From assembly GCA_965153355.1 (NCBI GenBank), contig OZ231126.1, positions 5,270,001 to 5,334,000 on the forward strand: a stretch of 64,000 bases of DNA. The letters are read 5' to 3'. Under the pieces are notes generated by a model, which was not told where the DNA came from, ran no database searches, and saw only the letters and a list, made by a program, of their open reading frames with translations. The DNA comes from Flaccisagitta enflata. Taxonomy: Eukaryota. Position 1 is the stretch's first letter, and every line of letters starts with the position of its first letter. Shown here piece after piece: positions 26,661 through 39,776 of the stretch. The translations under genes and the position numbers were made by a program.

Positions 26661-26735
26661 CAGTCTGATCGATCATCGATAAACTTTTTGTGAGACCCAC
26701 GTAAAAAGGGCAAATATGCGCATTCTCTCTTTCTC

Positions 26736-26766
<31 letters not shown>

Positions 26767-27157
26767 CTCTTTCTCTCTCTCTCTCTTTCTTTCTCTCTCT
26801 CTCTCTTTCCTATTTCAATTTTTGTTCTCCATCAGCGATAACGCAAAAGTGCGATTTTTGTGCGGATGCTCATTCATGGATTTGCCTCCGAGGAATTAGG
26901 CACCGTGTAACCTCATTACTACCGAGATCTTGTTACATTGAATCAACTTAATGACTTCAATATTTAAATCGGTCGTCGGTAGTTGGTGGGTGAAAGAGGG
27001 GGGGGGGGAAGGAATGATTAAATATATTTAAATACAATCACAGTCGGTGAACAGATTTTGCATTTTCGGTTTTGAAACGCAATGATTCTTTTTGTAAAGT
27101 GTAGATTAAGTTCATTAATATGTTCACAGCAGGTGCGGTTATGCATCTCCCTAATTT

Positions 27158-27315
27158 TTAGTTGCGGACACGCAACTCTATAAGAGGCTTTGTCCGTCTG
27201 TCCGTCCGTCCGTCGGTCGGTCCGTCGGTCCGTCGGTGAGTCGAAAAGTGTGAAAACGCGCATTTCCGCTCCTGCCCACCCGTCCGCAACTGGTGGCCGT
27301 GTATCCGGCCTTGTT
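27158..27315 (+). mobile_element. DINE-1/HINE-like element (AGTTGCGGAC subfamily)
   Basis: Subterminal IR AGTTGCGGAC/GTCCGCAACT, (GTCC/GTCG)n, hairpin GGCCGTGTATCCGGCC followed by TTGTT. Confidence 0.75.
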
Positions 27316-27441
27316 TTACGTATACCGTACGCCTATACGCTTCGATGATTTTTGCATGTGTTACCCCGTTCAGTCAAAACTGATTTGGGTGAGCAAAGAG
27401 AGGATTATCCTACTGGCCCTATAGGTATTCGTTTGTAGCAT

Positions 27442-27795
27442 CCGGGGTGCCGATTCTGTAAAGCTGCCGCGTAGCATGAAAATTCCTCATAAGGCTGCCG
27501 CACTTTGTTTACCAATGACATCCCTCTGTTTTCTTTCAAAACTAGCCCTGTGAAGCTTAGTTGATAATAGTTTTACTTATTTACAATGATTAAAAGAGGT
27601 TTTACTTCACATTTAACAGGTTTTCATAAAAGTTACATCCCACTTAAGCCATAAGAATGTCTTCTGTTATTCATCTCTTCCTCTCTCTTATACTTATTTG
27701 CCTTTTTCGATATGTTTTCCCCACCATCTGCCGCAACTGCCGCACCTGGCGGCTGTCCTGCCGCGTAGCATTGCTACCCTAAATCGGCACCCCGG
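27442..27795. mobile_element. hAT-type MITE with 8-bp TSD
   Basis: TGTAGCAT|CCGGGGTGCCGATT ... AATCGGCACCCCGG|TGTAGCAT. Confidence 0.88.
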
Positions 27796-28483
27796 TGTAG
27801 CATGATACTATACTATATAATACAAACACTGAAATTATAACAGGATGATAATTGAGCAAGTCCAATCTGCCTTCGAACTGAACGGATGTAGGATTGCAGC
27901 TTGAAGGGAGAGATTTTGCAATCGAAGCGAGCCGTCGGCCGTCATCATCAGAGTTCTGTGGTGTCTGATCTAGTTGCAGACATTTAATAACAAGAGACAC
28001 GTGTGTACATTGAAATTCAGACGTGTTTTAATAGGTATCCAAGATCGCGAGAATTTCAGGATAAAAGGCACCTCGGGGGGACAGCCCCTCATTCACTTAT
28101 CCGTTTCTTTCACTGGTGCAATGCGTTTTTAGCTGGAAATTTCATGCCTAGTTTTAAGTTGGGGGGAATAAAATCCAAGGGTTTGGAGATGAGGAAGAAA
28201 ATCATAAGGTGGAAAGGAAGAAAAGAAAAAAAATTTAAAAGATTTTACACTTATGGCATTTCCAAAAGATAGTGTTTGATCACTACAACACTATTCTGCG
28301 CTACTGATCATATCCAGATTATATTTCATGGGGGAAAGTATCTAAGACCAGGAGAGGAGGGGGAAGAAATCAAAAGCTGCTCAACTTTATACACCCCCTG
28401 ACAGGGGCCCTGTTGAAACTGTCTCCGGTTCATAAGTGACCAGAATTGATTGAACTCCATGAGTAGTACAACATAACATTACA

Positions 28484-28673
28484 AACAAGGCCGGATACAC
28501 GGCTACCCTAGTCGCGTGCAGGTCGGCATGGGCAGTGGTGGAGAACGTCACTGGGGCATTTGGGCAGGTGCAGTGAGCTCAAAACGCTCAAAAAGTAGAA
28601 TGGGGACTGACTAACCAACGGACGGACGAACGGACGGACAAAGCGGGGTGTAGTCGCGAAGCACGCGACTGAA
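28484..28673 (-). mobile_element. DINE-1/HINE-like element (AGTCGCGTG subfamily)
   Basis: AACAAGGCCGGATACACGGCTACCCTAGTCGCGTGC ... GCACGCGACT. Confidence 0.75.
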
Positions 28674-29025
28674 AATTAGAATAAGGACAAGAGCCTTAGG
28701 AGCTCTTACTGGTGTTTAATGCGCACCCTTAACAGTTTTCCTTAGAACCTAGGAAAAAGAAAACTTAAATCACGCCCATTTTCCAAAGATAATAAATGAT
28801 CAGGGCTAACCCTATTCATTCAACTATGTAAGAGGCTTTGTCGAGCCGTCGTTCCCTCGGTCTGTGATGTTCTAGTGGAAACGAGTGAGAACGTGCACTT
28901 AACACGAAGTAGTTGCGATTGAATGTGTATGGACTATGGAGGGGGGTTTCTCGCCCCTGCCCACCCGTCCGCGACAATTTTGTTACCCCGCGTCAATTGT
29001 TTCACACTCACTTATCGGAGGGCTT

Positions 29026-29219
29026 TTTAGTCGCGTGCTACGAGACTCTACACCCCGCTATGTCGGTCCGTCGGTTGGTCGGTCGGCCCCCGTTTTACTT
29101 TTTCAGCGTTTTTTAGCTTTTTGAGCATACGGCTCCTGCCCAGATGCCCTTGTGACCTTCTTCAGCACTGCTCCTGCTCACTCGCACGCGACTAGGGTAG
29201 CCGTGTTTCTGGCCTTGTT
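29026..29219 (+). mobile_element. DINE-1/HINE-like element (AGTCGCGTG subfamily), inverted relative to 28484-28673
   Basis: TTTAGTCGCGTGC ... GCACGCGACTAGGGTAGCCGTG..GGCCTTGTT. Confidence 0.75.
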
Positions 29220-29382
29220 TTTCCCCGATGCGCAGTTGCAATTGATATGTTCACAAAAAATCCTTTCGGCCTCATATTGATGATCCTCCGCCTCCGCCTC
29301 CACATATAAAGCACCTCCAGAAATCATACACAAAATATAACACGAAAAAGAATAATGATTTCCTTGTATCCTCGTGGGGATA

Positions 29383-29468
<86 letters not shown>

Positions 29469-31883
29469 GCCGGCGTGAATGAATTTGTGAGATCAAGACC
29501 GTTTGTAAAGAAAATAAATCCTGTTGCAACATTAAAAAAAAGATACTCCAAGTAGCTTTTTTTCATTCTTTTTGAGACATTTGCGTAACGCGATTTATTA
29601 CCTGATCAAGCCCATTTTCTTTACTCGAAGGAGGGCCGTTTTTCTCGCTTATGGAAAGTCCGTGCAATAAATCCTCACTATAGCGTGTGACTCGATCAAG
29701 GTTGATACCCTTTACTCCACTAGTTGCTCAATCTGCCAGTCATATTGCCCTTCCGTGTGGATCATTGGCCGCATTGCAGTAATTTGTACATGTCTGTATG
29801 TGGGCTTTTTCCGAAGCATTGCAGCTTTTTTTCTATGTGCAATATCGCATCTTTGAACGAGTCTGTCCATCCATCAGTGCCCGTCGGTCGGTCCGTCCAT
29901 TTAAAAAATAATCTGGGCCTACTTGGCATTGTTTGATGCGTCATGACATAAAAAAAGCATGTCCGGGCAATTTCAGTTGGTGCATCATCTGCATTTGCAT
30001 GGCTTTCAAGGACCAACATATTAACAGATGGATGAACACAGACCTTTTTATACACGTCTGCTCAGATTAACTTTAAAATTTTTGAATAAAAAATTGTATT
30101 TACAAAATTGTATTTACCCAAGTATTTACAAAATTGTAATCACGCAAGTCGTAACCGGTGACAAATCACACTGTTGGCTGTCATTGGATTAATTGGCTCA
30201 TATATGGCGATCATTGAGCCTTGTTGGTCCTTTTTGGTTACTTGACATTTGAGATCTATTCAGAATTCGTTCCTCACTTTGCCTCAGTTCAACCTTTGCT
30301 ATTTTTTTCCTTTTTTATTCATTTCTTTACTTTTTCTCTTGTTTGTTTTGATGATTTTTTTTTTCAAATTACCCTTTACCTTTTCTGGTTGGCACCGGTC
30401 TGAGGAAGGAAGAGGAAGAGAAGGAGGAATAGTAGATGGTGGTGGTGGTGGTGGTAGAAGAGGAGGAGGAGGAGGCGAAGGAGGAGGATGTTGGATGTGA
30501 ATGTCATAGTTGAGAAAGATGATTCACCGTCTTCTCCTTTCAAAAACTACTATTCAAAGCTAAGAGATAGTCGGCTCTAAACCGGCTTTTTTTGTTGCAA
30601 TGGTTTTTAAGACAAAAAGATTCAACCAACTCCTTTTATACTTGAGGCCAATTCGCCATTAAAACCCAGCTTGTGCTTATTTTTTTTTTTCGTGCTGAAA
30701 TCTGTTAAAAGAGCATATTTAACTCTCTTAACGGAAAGGCGCCGATTGCGTCAGCAAGGCCTGATACACGCGGCGGGATTTTTAAGGAAACAATAATGTA
30801 TAACTTGGGCAGTGTAAACCATCAGAAAGAAATGGTTTCTAATGTGGCAGAGTCTTTAATAGCAATTGCAATTATTTTTTATTTTTGAGCGCAGCGTTTT
30901 CATATAAATATAGTAGCTATTGATCAACGGGGGGGGGGGGAATTGAGTCCATGAAGACCCTTGATTTACTTGGATTTTTGCATCATTTGACGGTTAACCT
31001 TTCCCCCTAAAATTTTGGGTGGATACGCCGCAAAACATGGGCCGCGTGTCACCCTCTTCTACATATTAAAACATCGGGAGGAGGAGGACAAAATCTTTTC
31101 TGTGGGATGCATCGATATGAGGGGCTGAGGGCACAGTTTGCAGATTGAATATTCTCACTTTGATGGAAGGACAAATGAGTGGACCAACCAACCAACAAGT
31201 GGCTTAAAGAATCGTTTAGCATGCGACTTAATTAGTAGCGAAAATATAAAGAATATACGTGTAGGATCTGAGCCCATCCCCATCGACACAATTTGCTCTG
31301 GCTTGCTATTGGTGGATGTGCCCCATTTTGCTGTTTGTTTATTGTCACTTGGGCCATTTTTGATGGACGGACAGATGAATGGACCAACAGACCGATGGAC
31401 CGACCAACCAACCAAAAAGTGGCTAAGAAGTTGTAGAATCGCTTAGTGTGCGACTTAGATATATAAAGATTATATAGGATCTGAACCCATCCCCAGGCCC
31501 CATTGACACATTTTGCCCTGGCCTGCTATTGGTGGATATGTCACATTTTGCCGTTTGAATATTCTCACTTGGGTTATTTTTAGGTCAAATATAAAAGCTT
31601 CTTTAATTGTTATAATTAAACTGGACCGGGCTATGTGATTTTGCAGACCCAGGAAGCGTTGACCAAGCAACACGTGGACAATATCGATTAATTCATTGTA
31701 AACCTTAAATATGCGGAGGCGGAGGAGGAGGAAGATGCAAAAATTTAATAGCTAGACTGAGAGGAAATTCTCTCAATTATTAAAATTTTTACCTCTCTCT
31801 CTCTTTTTCTCTCTTTTTTTCTCTCTCTCTATCTCTCTCTCTCTCTCTCTCTCTCAAATATACACACACACACAATCCACAAG

Positions 31884-32521
31884 ACTCGTCGTCCTCGTCT
31901 TGTTCTTCCTCTGCCGCTCCTCCTCCTCCTCCTCCTCCTCCTCCCGAGTCTTGCTCTTCCTCTCCTCCGCCCGCTCCTCACACAATCCTTGCTGCCGCCA
32001 TTCATTCTTCATCATCAACGCCACATGATAATTTACCATCCTCAGACCCGCAACAACAACAACAACAAGGTTCTCCGTCTTCTTCTCCTACTGCGAACAA
32101 CATGCCGTACCAAGGATATGCCACCGCCGGCATGCCTCCTCATCCTCACCCTCATCAAGCTGGCATGCCGGGTAGTATGAAGCGACCTTACCCGGGCGGC
32201 GGTCCTCCTATGATGATGGGGGGAGGGGGTTATCCGCCCCGTATGCCGATGGGTGGTAGACCGCCTTATGGCTACGGCATGCCTCCACATCACATGGGAG
32301 GATATTTCCCACCCGGGATGCAGCCGCCGTTTAAGAAACAGAAAGGTGGCATGATGATGATGCCAGGAGGAGGAGGAGGAGGAGGAGCAACTCCGGGTCA
32401 TGGCAAAAACGCCGTGATGCAGCTGAACGAAGTCAAGCCGGGCGTAGAGTACAAATTCGTCTCACAAACTGGCCCAGTTCATTCCCCCATTTTTAAGATG
32501 GAAGTGGAAATTAACGGAACG
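31884..32521 (+). CDS. ADARB1: ADAR2-like dsRNA adenosine deaminase: low-complexity N-terminus, NLS-like motifs and first half of dsRBM1
   Basis: Open from cacaag| after a (CT)n tract. Contains KRP...FKKQK and [39 protein letters not shown]; donor |gtaagt. The 5' boundary is less certain (in-frame ATG at 32102). Confidence 0.85.
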
Positions 32522-32826
32522 GTAAGTTATGTGACAGAGATGGATTCATTTGAATAGCTGTCAAGGGATGGATTGGAAAATATATACTTTTTTGATGATA
32601 CAAACTTCCTTCAATGAAGTTCAAGATTATCATCGCAGCAAACTCAAGACTGTGTCAAAAGACGGTGGATTTATTCAGCATATAGATTGAATAAAAATTG
32701 AAAAAGCGCATACATATGTATGTTTGGCAACGACAACACAAACAAAATAATTGGTTCAATGAACATCATTTGGTTAATTTTCTCTTAATTTCACCCTTCG
32801 GTTCCCCTTTGATTACAACCTTGTAG

Positions 32827-33493
32827 GCTTACAGCGGCGAAGGGAAGACGAAAAAACTGGCGAAATTGGCGGCCGCGGAAGCGGCGCTCAAATCGTTCAT
32901 CCAATTCGCCGACGCCTCTTCAGCGCACAAAGCCATGGGTAAGGACAAATCCCTTCAATCCCTCACTGACTTTACCTCCGACGATCACTTTGGCGGAAGC
33001 GGTGGGGGAAGTGGTGGAAGCGGAAGCGGTGATGGAGGCAGCGATTGCGGCAGCACCACCAGCAGTAGTAGCAGCGGTGGCGCCGGTGAGAAGGACTCGT
33101 TAAAGCACGCCGGACTGGCAGATGGCGTCGCGATGATATTCACGCCATTTGAGACGGAGTCGAGTGCGGCGTCATTATCATCATCATTTGAGAACGACGG
33201 CAACTCGAAAACAACAACAACTAAAAAAGCAACAGCGAAAGCGTCAATCAACTCCTCAACAGTCAGCAACAAAAGCAACAACAACAAAAAGAATCTCTCC
33301 GTGATAAGCAAGAAATTGGCCCGGAAAGACTTGAAGAAGGTGAAATCGAGTCAGAAACGCGCCTTGGCATTTCTCAACGGCAATCATTCTCATTCTCATT
33401 TGCATCATTCTCATCATTCTCATCATCATCGTCCTCTTCTTCTCAATTCCGGATTTCCATCTTCTAGTCTCAATAATTTGACGCCTCTTCATG
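32827..33493 (+). CDS. ADARB1: ADAR2-like exon: second half of dsRBM1, DFTSD motif and start of the linker
   Basis: Reads AYSGEGKTKKLAKLAAAEAALKSFIQF..DFTSD. Acceptor ttgtag|; the donor at 33494 (|gtgtgc) is inferred from phase. Confidence 0.8.
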
Positions 33494-34141
33494 GTGTGCT
33501 GAATCTGATGATTAGACGACGCAATTTGAAGTCATATATGATTATGTGTATATATATACATAAATATGTACAACAGGCTTCTATACAATATTATTTATTT
33601 ATAGGTTTCTTATTGCCCATTTGAAAATCCTAGCCACATGTAAATAGAAAAAACATGTAGTTATAAGGGTATATTTGGGTCAAAGTTTTAAACTTAGTCC
33701 ACCTTTAAACCATACACTAAGTGGCAGTAAATCCAACAAGCAGAGTTTGATACATAATTGGGAAACTGGGGTGTGGGTTTTTTGATCAAATATCGGCATG
33801 TGCTTGTCTCGTTTTACTCGTACATGAACAAGTGACGCGGGGTCACAATATCGTTGCGGATGGGTGGGCAGGGGCATCCAACCCCTATCCAAACCCATAA
33901 CCATCCCCAATACTCAAACAGGCACAAAAAGTATCAAAAACGCTTGTTTTTCCACTTTCCAACTTGATGACCACAGACCGACGTACCAACAGACGGACGG
34001 ACAAAGCAGGCTCAAAGCCTCTTATAGAGCGCGTCCGCAACTAAAAATAGAATATAGAAATAATTGGTTGAGTTCTAAAGAAATCATTTTTCAAGCCCCT
34101 CGGGTAACCGCCCTTTAGTCGTTTGGGTAACCGCCCTACAG

Positions 34142-35154
34142 TGTCCGTCTATCCTCAAGATTTAGAGCACCGTGGAATGTCGATCTCGTCCCCGATCTCT
34201 TCTCCAGCCGCCGCGGCACCAGCGAGATTTTACTCACCCAATCACGATTTGTCTTTCCTCTCGCCGGCCACCGGATCTGTCGCCGCCTTTCCCGGCGCTT
34301 TTCCGGTCGTTGGCGCCACCACCAACGCCGCTTCAGCCGATTTCAGCGCCGATCCGGCGTTTACGTCTTTCTCCTCGTCTTCTTCCTGCTCGTCCGGATT
34401 AATCGCTTCCGGAAGCCAATGCGACTTTTCCAAGGATCTCCGCGATGATGACGATGAAGGCGTCACGAAAGTTGGTAACGCGAGTTCCGTCGCCGACAGA
34501 CTGAACGGTAACAACTATGATTCTTCTACTTCTTCTTCATCTTCCAAATCCGTCAACAACCGTAACGGGTCATCATCATCAGCGTCAAAATCCGATAACC
34601 AAGAATCTCATCCCTCATCTTCTCCGCATAGTCACGTTAGAAAAGACAAGGATAAAATAATAAGCATGAACAAGAATGACGACTCTACGTCTCGTTCCGT
34701 CTCCGCGCCCCCATCAACCAACAGAAAGAGACTCAAGGCGAAACGGAAGAATAAAAACAATCATAACGCGAGTAATAATGATTATAAAAACGATAGTACG
34801 ATGAACAATGTGACGAATAACAGTAAAACCAATAGTAATAACAAGAAAAAGCACAAGCATAATAAACAGAAAACTCAATCGTCCTCATTTTTGTTGTCAT
34901 CCTCCTCAGCCAAAAACGATAACGGCAACGGCGGCGGCGGAAATGGAGCGGAGTCAAACGGAAATGGCGCCGCCACTCCTTCGTCGGAACCAGTAGATGC
35001 GGCGTCATCCCCCAACTCCTCGTCAACCGCGGCGGCGGCTTCTGAAGAGGCGGCGCCATCTACTCCCGGCAAAAACCCCGTCATGATTTTGAACGAGTTG
35101 AAGCCGGGATTGAAGTACGAGTTTGTGTCGGAAGTCGGAGAAAGTCACGCCAAG
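34142..35154 (+). CDS. ADARB1: ADAR2-like exon: S/N/K-rich linker and first half of dsRBM2
   Basis: Ends GKNPVMILNELKPGLKYEFVSEVGESHAK|gtcggt. Three in-phase acceptors are possible (34142, 34160, 34166). Confidence 0.8.
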
Positions 35155-35655
35155 GTCGGTCGATGTGGGTTAGTTTGCTGGCGTAAGTTTGTCAGTCGAT
35201 GTGTGTTAGTTTGCTCACTTTGCTGGCGTTTGTTTGCTAGTCGATGTGTGCTAGTTTTCTAGCGTTAGCTTGTTCCTCCCTTCATCGTTCAACGGTTACA
35301 GATTTTTAGTTGATTTTTAGGTGTAAAGATGAATAGAACGGTTATGTATGTTACGCGGAGGTCTTGTCTCTTAGCTCAAAATTTGCGCTCTCTTTTACTA
35401 CACCAATTTCTGTGCCATCTTTTCTTTTTGAAGTCTTAATGATTTTTAGTTGCGGACACGCAACTCTATAAAGGTTGGTCCATTGGTCCGTCTGTGGTAA
35501 TCGAATCGAAAAGTGGAAAAATGAGTTTGAGTGTGTGGGAGTGGGGGTTTGGATGTAGATGGGGTTTGGATGTGGATGGGGGTTGGAGGCCCCTGCCCAC
35601 CCGTCCACAACGCGTCACTTGTTTCAAAAATTTATCATCAATTTTCCCAATACAG

Positions 35656-35788
35656 GTGTTCAATCTAGCGGTGGAGATTGACGGCAAACGTTTCGAGGGC
35701 TCAGCGAGAAACAAGAAGTTAGCCAAAAGTCGCTGCGCTCAAGCCGCACTCTCCAAACTCTTTGGCATGGATTTTACAAAAAAGAAAG
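35656..35788 (+). CDS. ADARB1: ADAR2-like exon: second half of dsRBM2
   Basis: Reads VFNLAVEIDGKRFEGSARNKKLAKSRCAQAALSKLF. Boundaries atacag| and |gtaatt. Confidence 0.93.
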
Positions 35789-36227
35789 GTAATTGAAAGA
35801 CGAAATTGGCTAAGACTCGCTGTGCTCAAGCCGCACTCTCCAAACTTTTTGGCATGGAAAAAGAAAGGTAAGTGAGAAAAGTTAGCCAAAAGTCGCTGTG
35901 CTTGAGCCGCACTATCCAATTTCTTAGACTTGGGTTTTACGAGAAAGAAAGGTGAATGAGAGAACCATAGTAAATGTGGAGTCTCACTTTCAATCAATGT
36001 CTCACCTATTGCCGTCCTTCAACCGCAGTTGTATTCTCGTCTTCATCATTATCATCATAGTAATGATAGTAATAATAAGAATCGTCGTCATCATCATCAT
36101 CATCATCATCATCATTTCCAAGTAGTATTTGAGAAAGTTGCTTGATGACCTGGGTTGTAAGAGCATGGCGGTAAATACCCATATCCATGGCTGATGGATG
36201 CATCGATCTTGATCTTGCTTTTGCTAG

Positions 36228-36325
36228 GTTTGGCTCCGATCCCTCGTCAAGGATCATCAAGAATCGGCTGTCAACAGGCACTCGCAGACAAAATTGCCAA
36301 AATCGTCCTTCAAAAGTTTTCAGAG
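36228..36325 (+). CDS. ADARB1: ADAR2-like exon: start of the deaminase domain
   Basis: Reads GLAPIP..QALADKIAKIVLQKFSE. Boundaries tgctag| and |gtgagc; phases consistent. Confidence 0.9.
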
Positions 36326-36949
36326 GTGAGCCAGAAACGCCGATCAAGCATAATTTACGATATGGTTGTATCTGTTTTCCATGAAAGCGAAGAGAATGGG
36401 TTCGGGCCGCGGATATATAATTTATAAAACTACTCAAATAGATAATAGAATGCGGGCTCGTTGTCATCAGTAGGGCGCTTCTCACTTTTAATTCATCAAT
36501 TATCAACAGCCCTCGGGTCTCGAGCATCTATTAAATTCTTTAAACGTGGTGTTTTGATGGCGCACTCAATTTAAATAGATTACTCCTTGTTGCTCAAATT
36601 AATTTGACTGAGAAGAAAAAGAAATGATGCGTGGGGTTGAAAGAGGCGTGATTTCAAGATTCTATTTAGAAAGGGAGGGTAGTTGGGGGGGGGGGAAAGA
36701 GAGGGGTGTGGATAAATGGAAACATAAGACCACAACAAAATTGAATAAGGCCAGCGGTACCCTCGCGTGGCTAAATTATAGTAAATTTGCCGACGATTAA
36801 AAACGTTAAACAATGAAAAATTGATGGGTATGTTGTATTAAAGGCAAGACAGTTTCAATAATTGAACCAAGTAATGAATTTTACAGCAAAGTAGAATGAG
36901 CATTTGATTATAGAAATTTGTTCTTTTAAAAGATTGTATGATTAAATCT

Positions 36950-36981
<32 letters not shown>

Positions 36982-37596
36982 ACGCTTTGAGGCTACTATG
37001 TTGGCTTCATTGCTGGTTTTAGATGGAACTAATAGTAGTACTACAGAGAATTATTTATCCATGTATATTTCGAATTCGGGTTACGGCAATTTTAGGGCCG
37101 CCGGCCAAAATTGGACAGAGGTGGATACAGAGACACAAAACGGATGGACGGTACTAAGAGACGCTCACTCATTTCACGTTCTCTCTTATCTCTCTCTTTG
37201 ATTCTTACCTGGTTGGTATCTTGCGCGATTCTTTTTATTCAAATCTCGCAACAAAAAAAAAGTGAATTTGATCTTGTTGACTGCCAACGAAGGGCGATAA
37301 ATCCTAAAGAAACGTGACCCACTTCGCAATTTTAATCTCTTTCGCTTTTCACTGTTGCGCCCAATTTGATCATATATCCGCGCTTCTCTCTTAAATTTAT
37401 CCTCGATCCTCCTTCCCCCACTTCGATCTTTACGTTCTTGCGCCCATCTCGATCATATAACCGAGCTCTCTAGCTCCTCACTTCTTTCTCCTCTTTCCCC
37501 TCTCCCTCCTCAATCCTCATTCGGTTCTTGCGCGCAATTGGATGTCATTTGAAAGCGCTTTCTTCTCCTTTAAACCCCCCCTTGGGCAGCGGCCTA

Positions 37597-38587
37597 AGGG
37601 CTGATGTCCGGGACACAGGTGAATTTCTACGCCTGTCCGACAGACAGTCCGCCCGTCCGACGCCCCTCTCAAGCTTGCTTTTAGGCTCTCAATTCCAGCT
37701 TCAGCCTTCAAATTCAGCTTTCAGGCTCAATCTGGCCTTCAGGCTCAAATCTGGCTTCTCAGGCCTCACCTAGCTTTTAGGCTTCAAAACTAGCCTCTCA
37801 GGCTCTCAAATCCAGCCTCTCAGGCTCAAATCTGGCCTCTCAGGCCTCAAATCTGCCTCTCAGGCTCTCAAATCTGGCTTTCAGGCCTCAAACCCAGCCT
37901 CAGGCCTCAAATCCAGCCTCTCAGGCCTCAAATCTGGCCTCTAGCTCAAATCTGGCCTCTCTAGGCCTCAAATCTAGCCTCAGGCCTCAAACCTAGCCTC
38001 TCAGGCTCAACGGCCTCAGGCTCTCAAATTGGCCTTGGCCTCCTAGCTTCAGTCTCAAATCCAGCCTCAGGCCTCAAATCCAGCCTCTCAGGCTCAAATC
38101 AGCTCTCAGGCTCAAATCTGGCCTCTCAGGCTCTCAAATCTGGCTTCAGGCCTCAATGTAGCCTCAGGCCTCAAATCCAGCTTCAGGCCTCAAATCTGGC
38201 CTCAAATCTTCAAGCCTCAAATCCAGCCTTTCAGGCCTCAAATCCAGCCTCACAGGCCTCAAATCCCACCTCTCAAGCCTCAAATCCAGCCTCTTGGGCC
38301 TCAAATCCAGCCTCTTGGGCCTCAAATCCAGCCTCTTAGGCCTCAAATTCCCATTGAATAACGTGGCAAATTTAAAAAAATTGAAAAAAATGCAAAATTC
38401 CCAATGAATATCACGGAAAATTACCCCAAATATGCCCTCTCAGGATGTATGGAAATTCACCCCTGTGTCCTACAGGACATCGGCCCTTTGGGGCCGCTGC
38501 CCTGCTCTCACTCCACTTCTTCAGCTAATCACTCCAAGCAGGGCATCGGGTACCGCTGACCATGTGCGATCCTTGGATGACTTGTTT
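37597..38587 (+). mobile_element. HINE-like repeat with a long internal 21-bp minisatellite (AGGCCTCAAATCCAGCCTCTC)n
   Basis: Tandem array at 37700-38350. The conserved 3' block (..GGTACCGCTGACCATGTG(C)GATCCTT..GACTTGTT) is also seen at 22110-22230 (minus) and around 14330/15800. Confidence 0.7.
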
Positions 38588-38699
38588 CCCTCAACACCCT
38601 CTCTTCTACCTTCCCCCCTTTCCCCTCACCGCCCTCTTTTCACTACCCTTTTCTTTCTCAGTGATTTTTTTTTCGCCTCCATAGTCCTTATCGTCTTTC

Positions 38700-39485
38700 C
38701 TAGCCTGCCCTTCGCCCTTCCTGGTCCTCTCTCTTCTTCCCCTGCCCTTCGCCCTTCCTGGTCCTCTCTCTTTCTCTTCCTCCCCTGCCCTTCGCCCTAC
38801 CTGATCCTCTCTCTTTCTCTTCCTCCCCTGCCCTTCGCCCTTCCTGGTCCTCTCTCTTCCCTGCCTTTTGCCCTTCGCCCTTCCTGGTCCTCTCTCTTTC
38901 TCTTCCTCCCCTGCCCTTCGCCCTACCTGGTCCTCTCTCTTTCTCTTCCTCCCCAGCCCTTCGCCCTACCTGGTCCTCTCTCTTTCTCTTCCTCCCCTGC
39001 CCTTCGCCCTACCTGGTCCTCTCTCTTCCTCCCCTGCCCTTCGCCCTTCCTGGTCCTTTCTCTTCCTCCCCTGCCCTTCGCCCTTCCTGGTCCTCTCTCT
39101 TCCTCCCCTGCCCTTCGCCCTACCTGGTCCTCTCTCTCTTCCTCCCCTGCCCTTCGCCCTTCCTGGTCCTCTCTCTTCCTCCCCTGCCCTTCGCCCTTCC
39201 TGGTCCTCTCTCTTCCTCCCCTGCCCTTCGCCCTACCTGGTCCTCTCTCTTCCTTCCCTGCCCTTCGCCCTACCTGGTCCTCTCTCTTCCTCCCCTGCCC
39301 TTCGCCCTTCCTGGTCCTCTCTCTTCCTCCCCTGCCCTTCGCCCTTCCTGGTCCTCTCTCTTCCTCCCCTGCCCTTCGCCCTACCTGGTCCTCTCTCTTT
39401 CTCTTCCTCCCCTGCCCTTCGCCCTCCCTGGTCCTCTCTCTTTCTCTTCCTCCCCTGCCCTTCACCCTCCCTGGTCCTCTCTCAT
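38700..39485. repeat. 35-41-bp pyrimidine-rich minisatellite (CCCTGCCCTTCGCCCTTCCTGGTCCTCTCTCTTCCTC)n
   Basis: About 20 tandem copies visible. Confidence 0.93.
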
Positions 39486-39776
39486 CTCCCTCTCCCCACC
39501 CTAATTCAGTCACCACTTGATATCTAGTCCTTTTTTTTTTTTACGGCGGCCATTAAGTCCCATTATGAATTATGAGGTTGAGTAAATCTTTGCATTTATG
39601 TTAAATTTGAGCTTTTATTTTTCGGCGGCGGCAACCGACCCAACAAATATCAAGAGAGAGAAAAAGCTCGAGAGAGAGAGAGAGAAATAGAGCTAAACAT
39701 TGACAGATATTTTCTTTTTTGTTTGCGAGATTTCTGATCCGCGAATTCGAAACATTGACAGATTGTAATCAATAAT

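Noticed and set aside
26216-26700. Cys-rich heptad-repeat ORFs on both strands; array superficially CRISPR-like
   Set aside because: A pure 21-bp minisatellite with no unique spacers, open in several frames simply because the unit lacks stops.
38432-39527. 362-aa Pro/Leu/Ser-rich ORF
   Set aside because: Product of a pyrimidine-rich minisatellite plus a repeat end.
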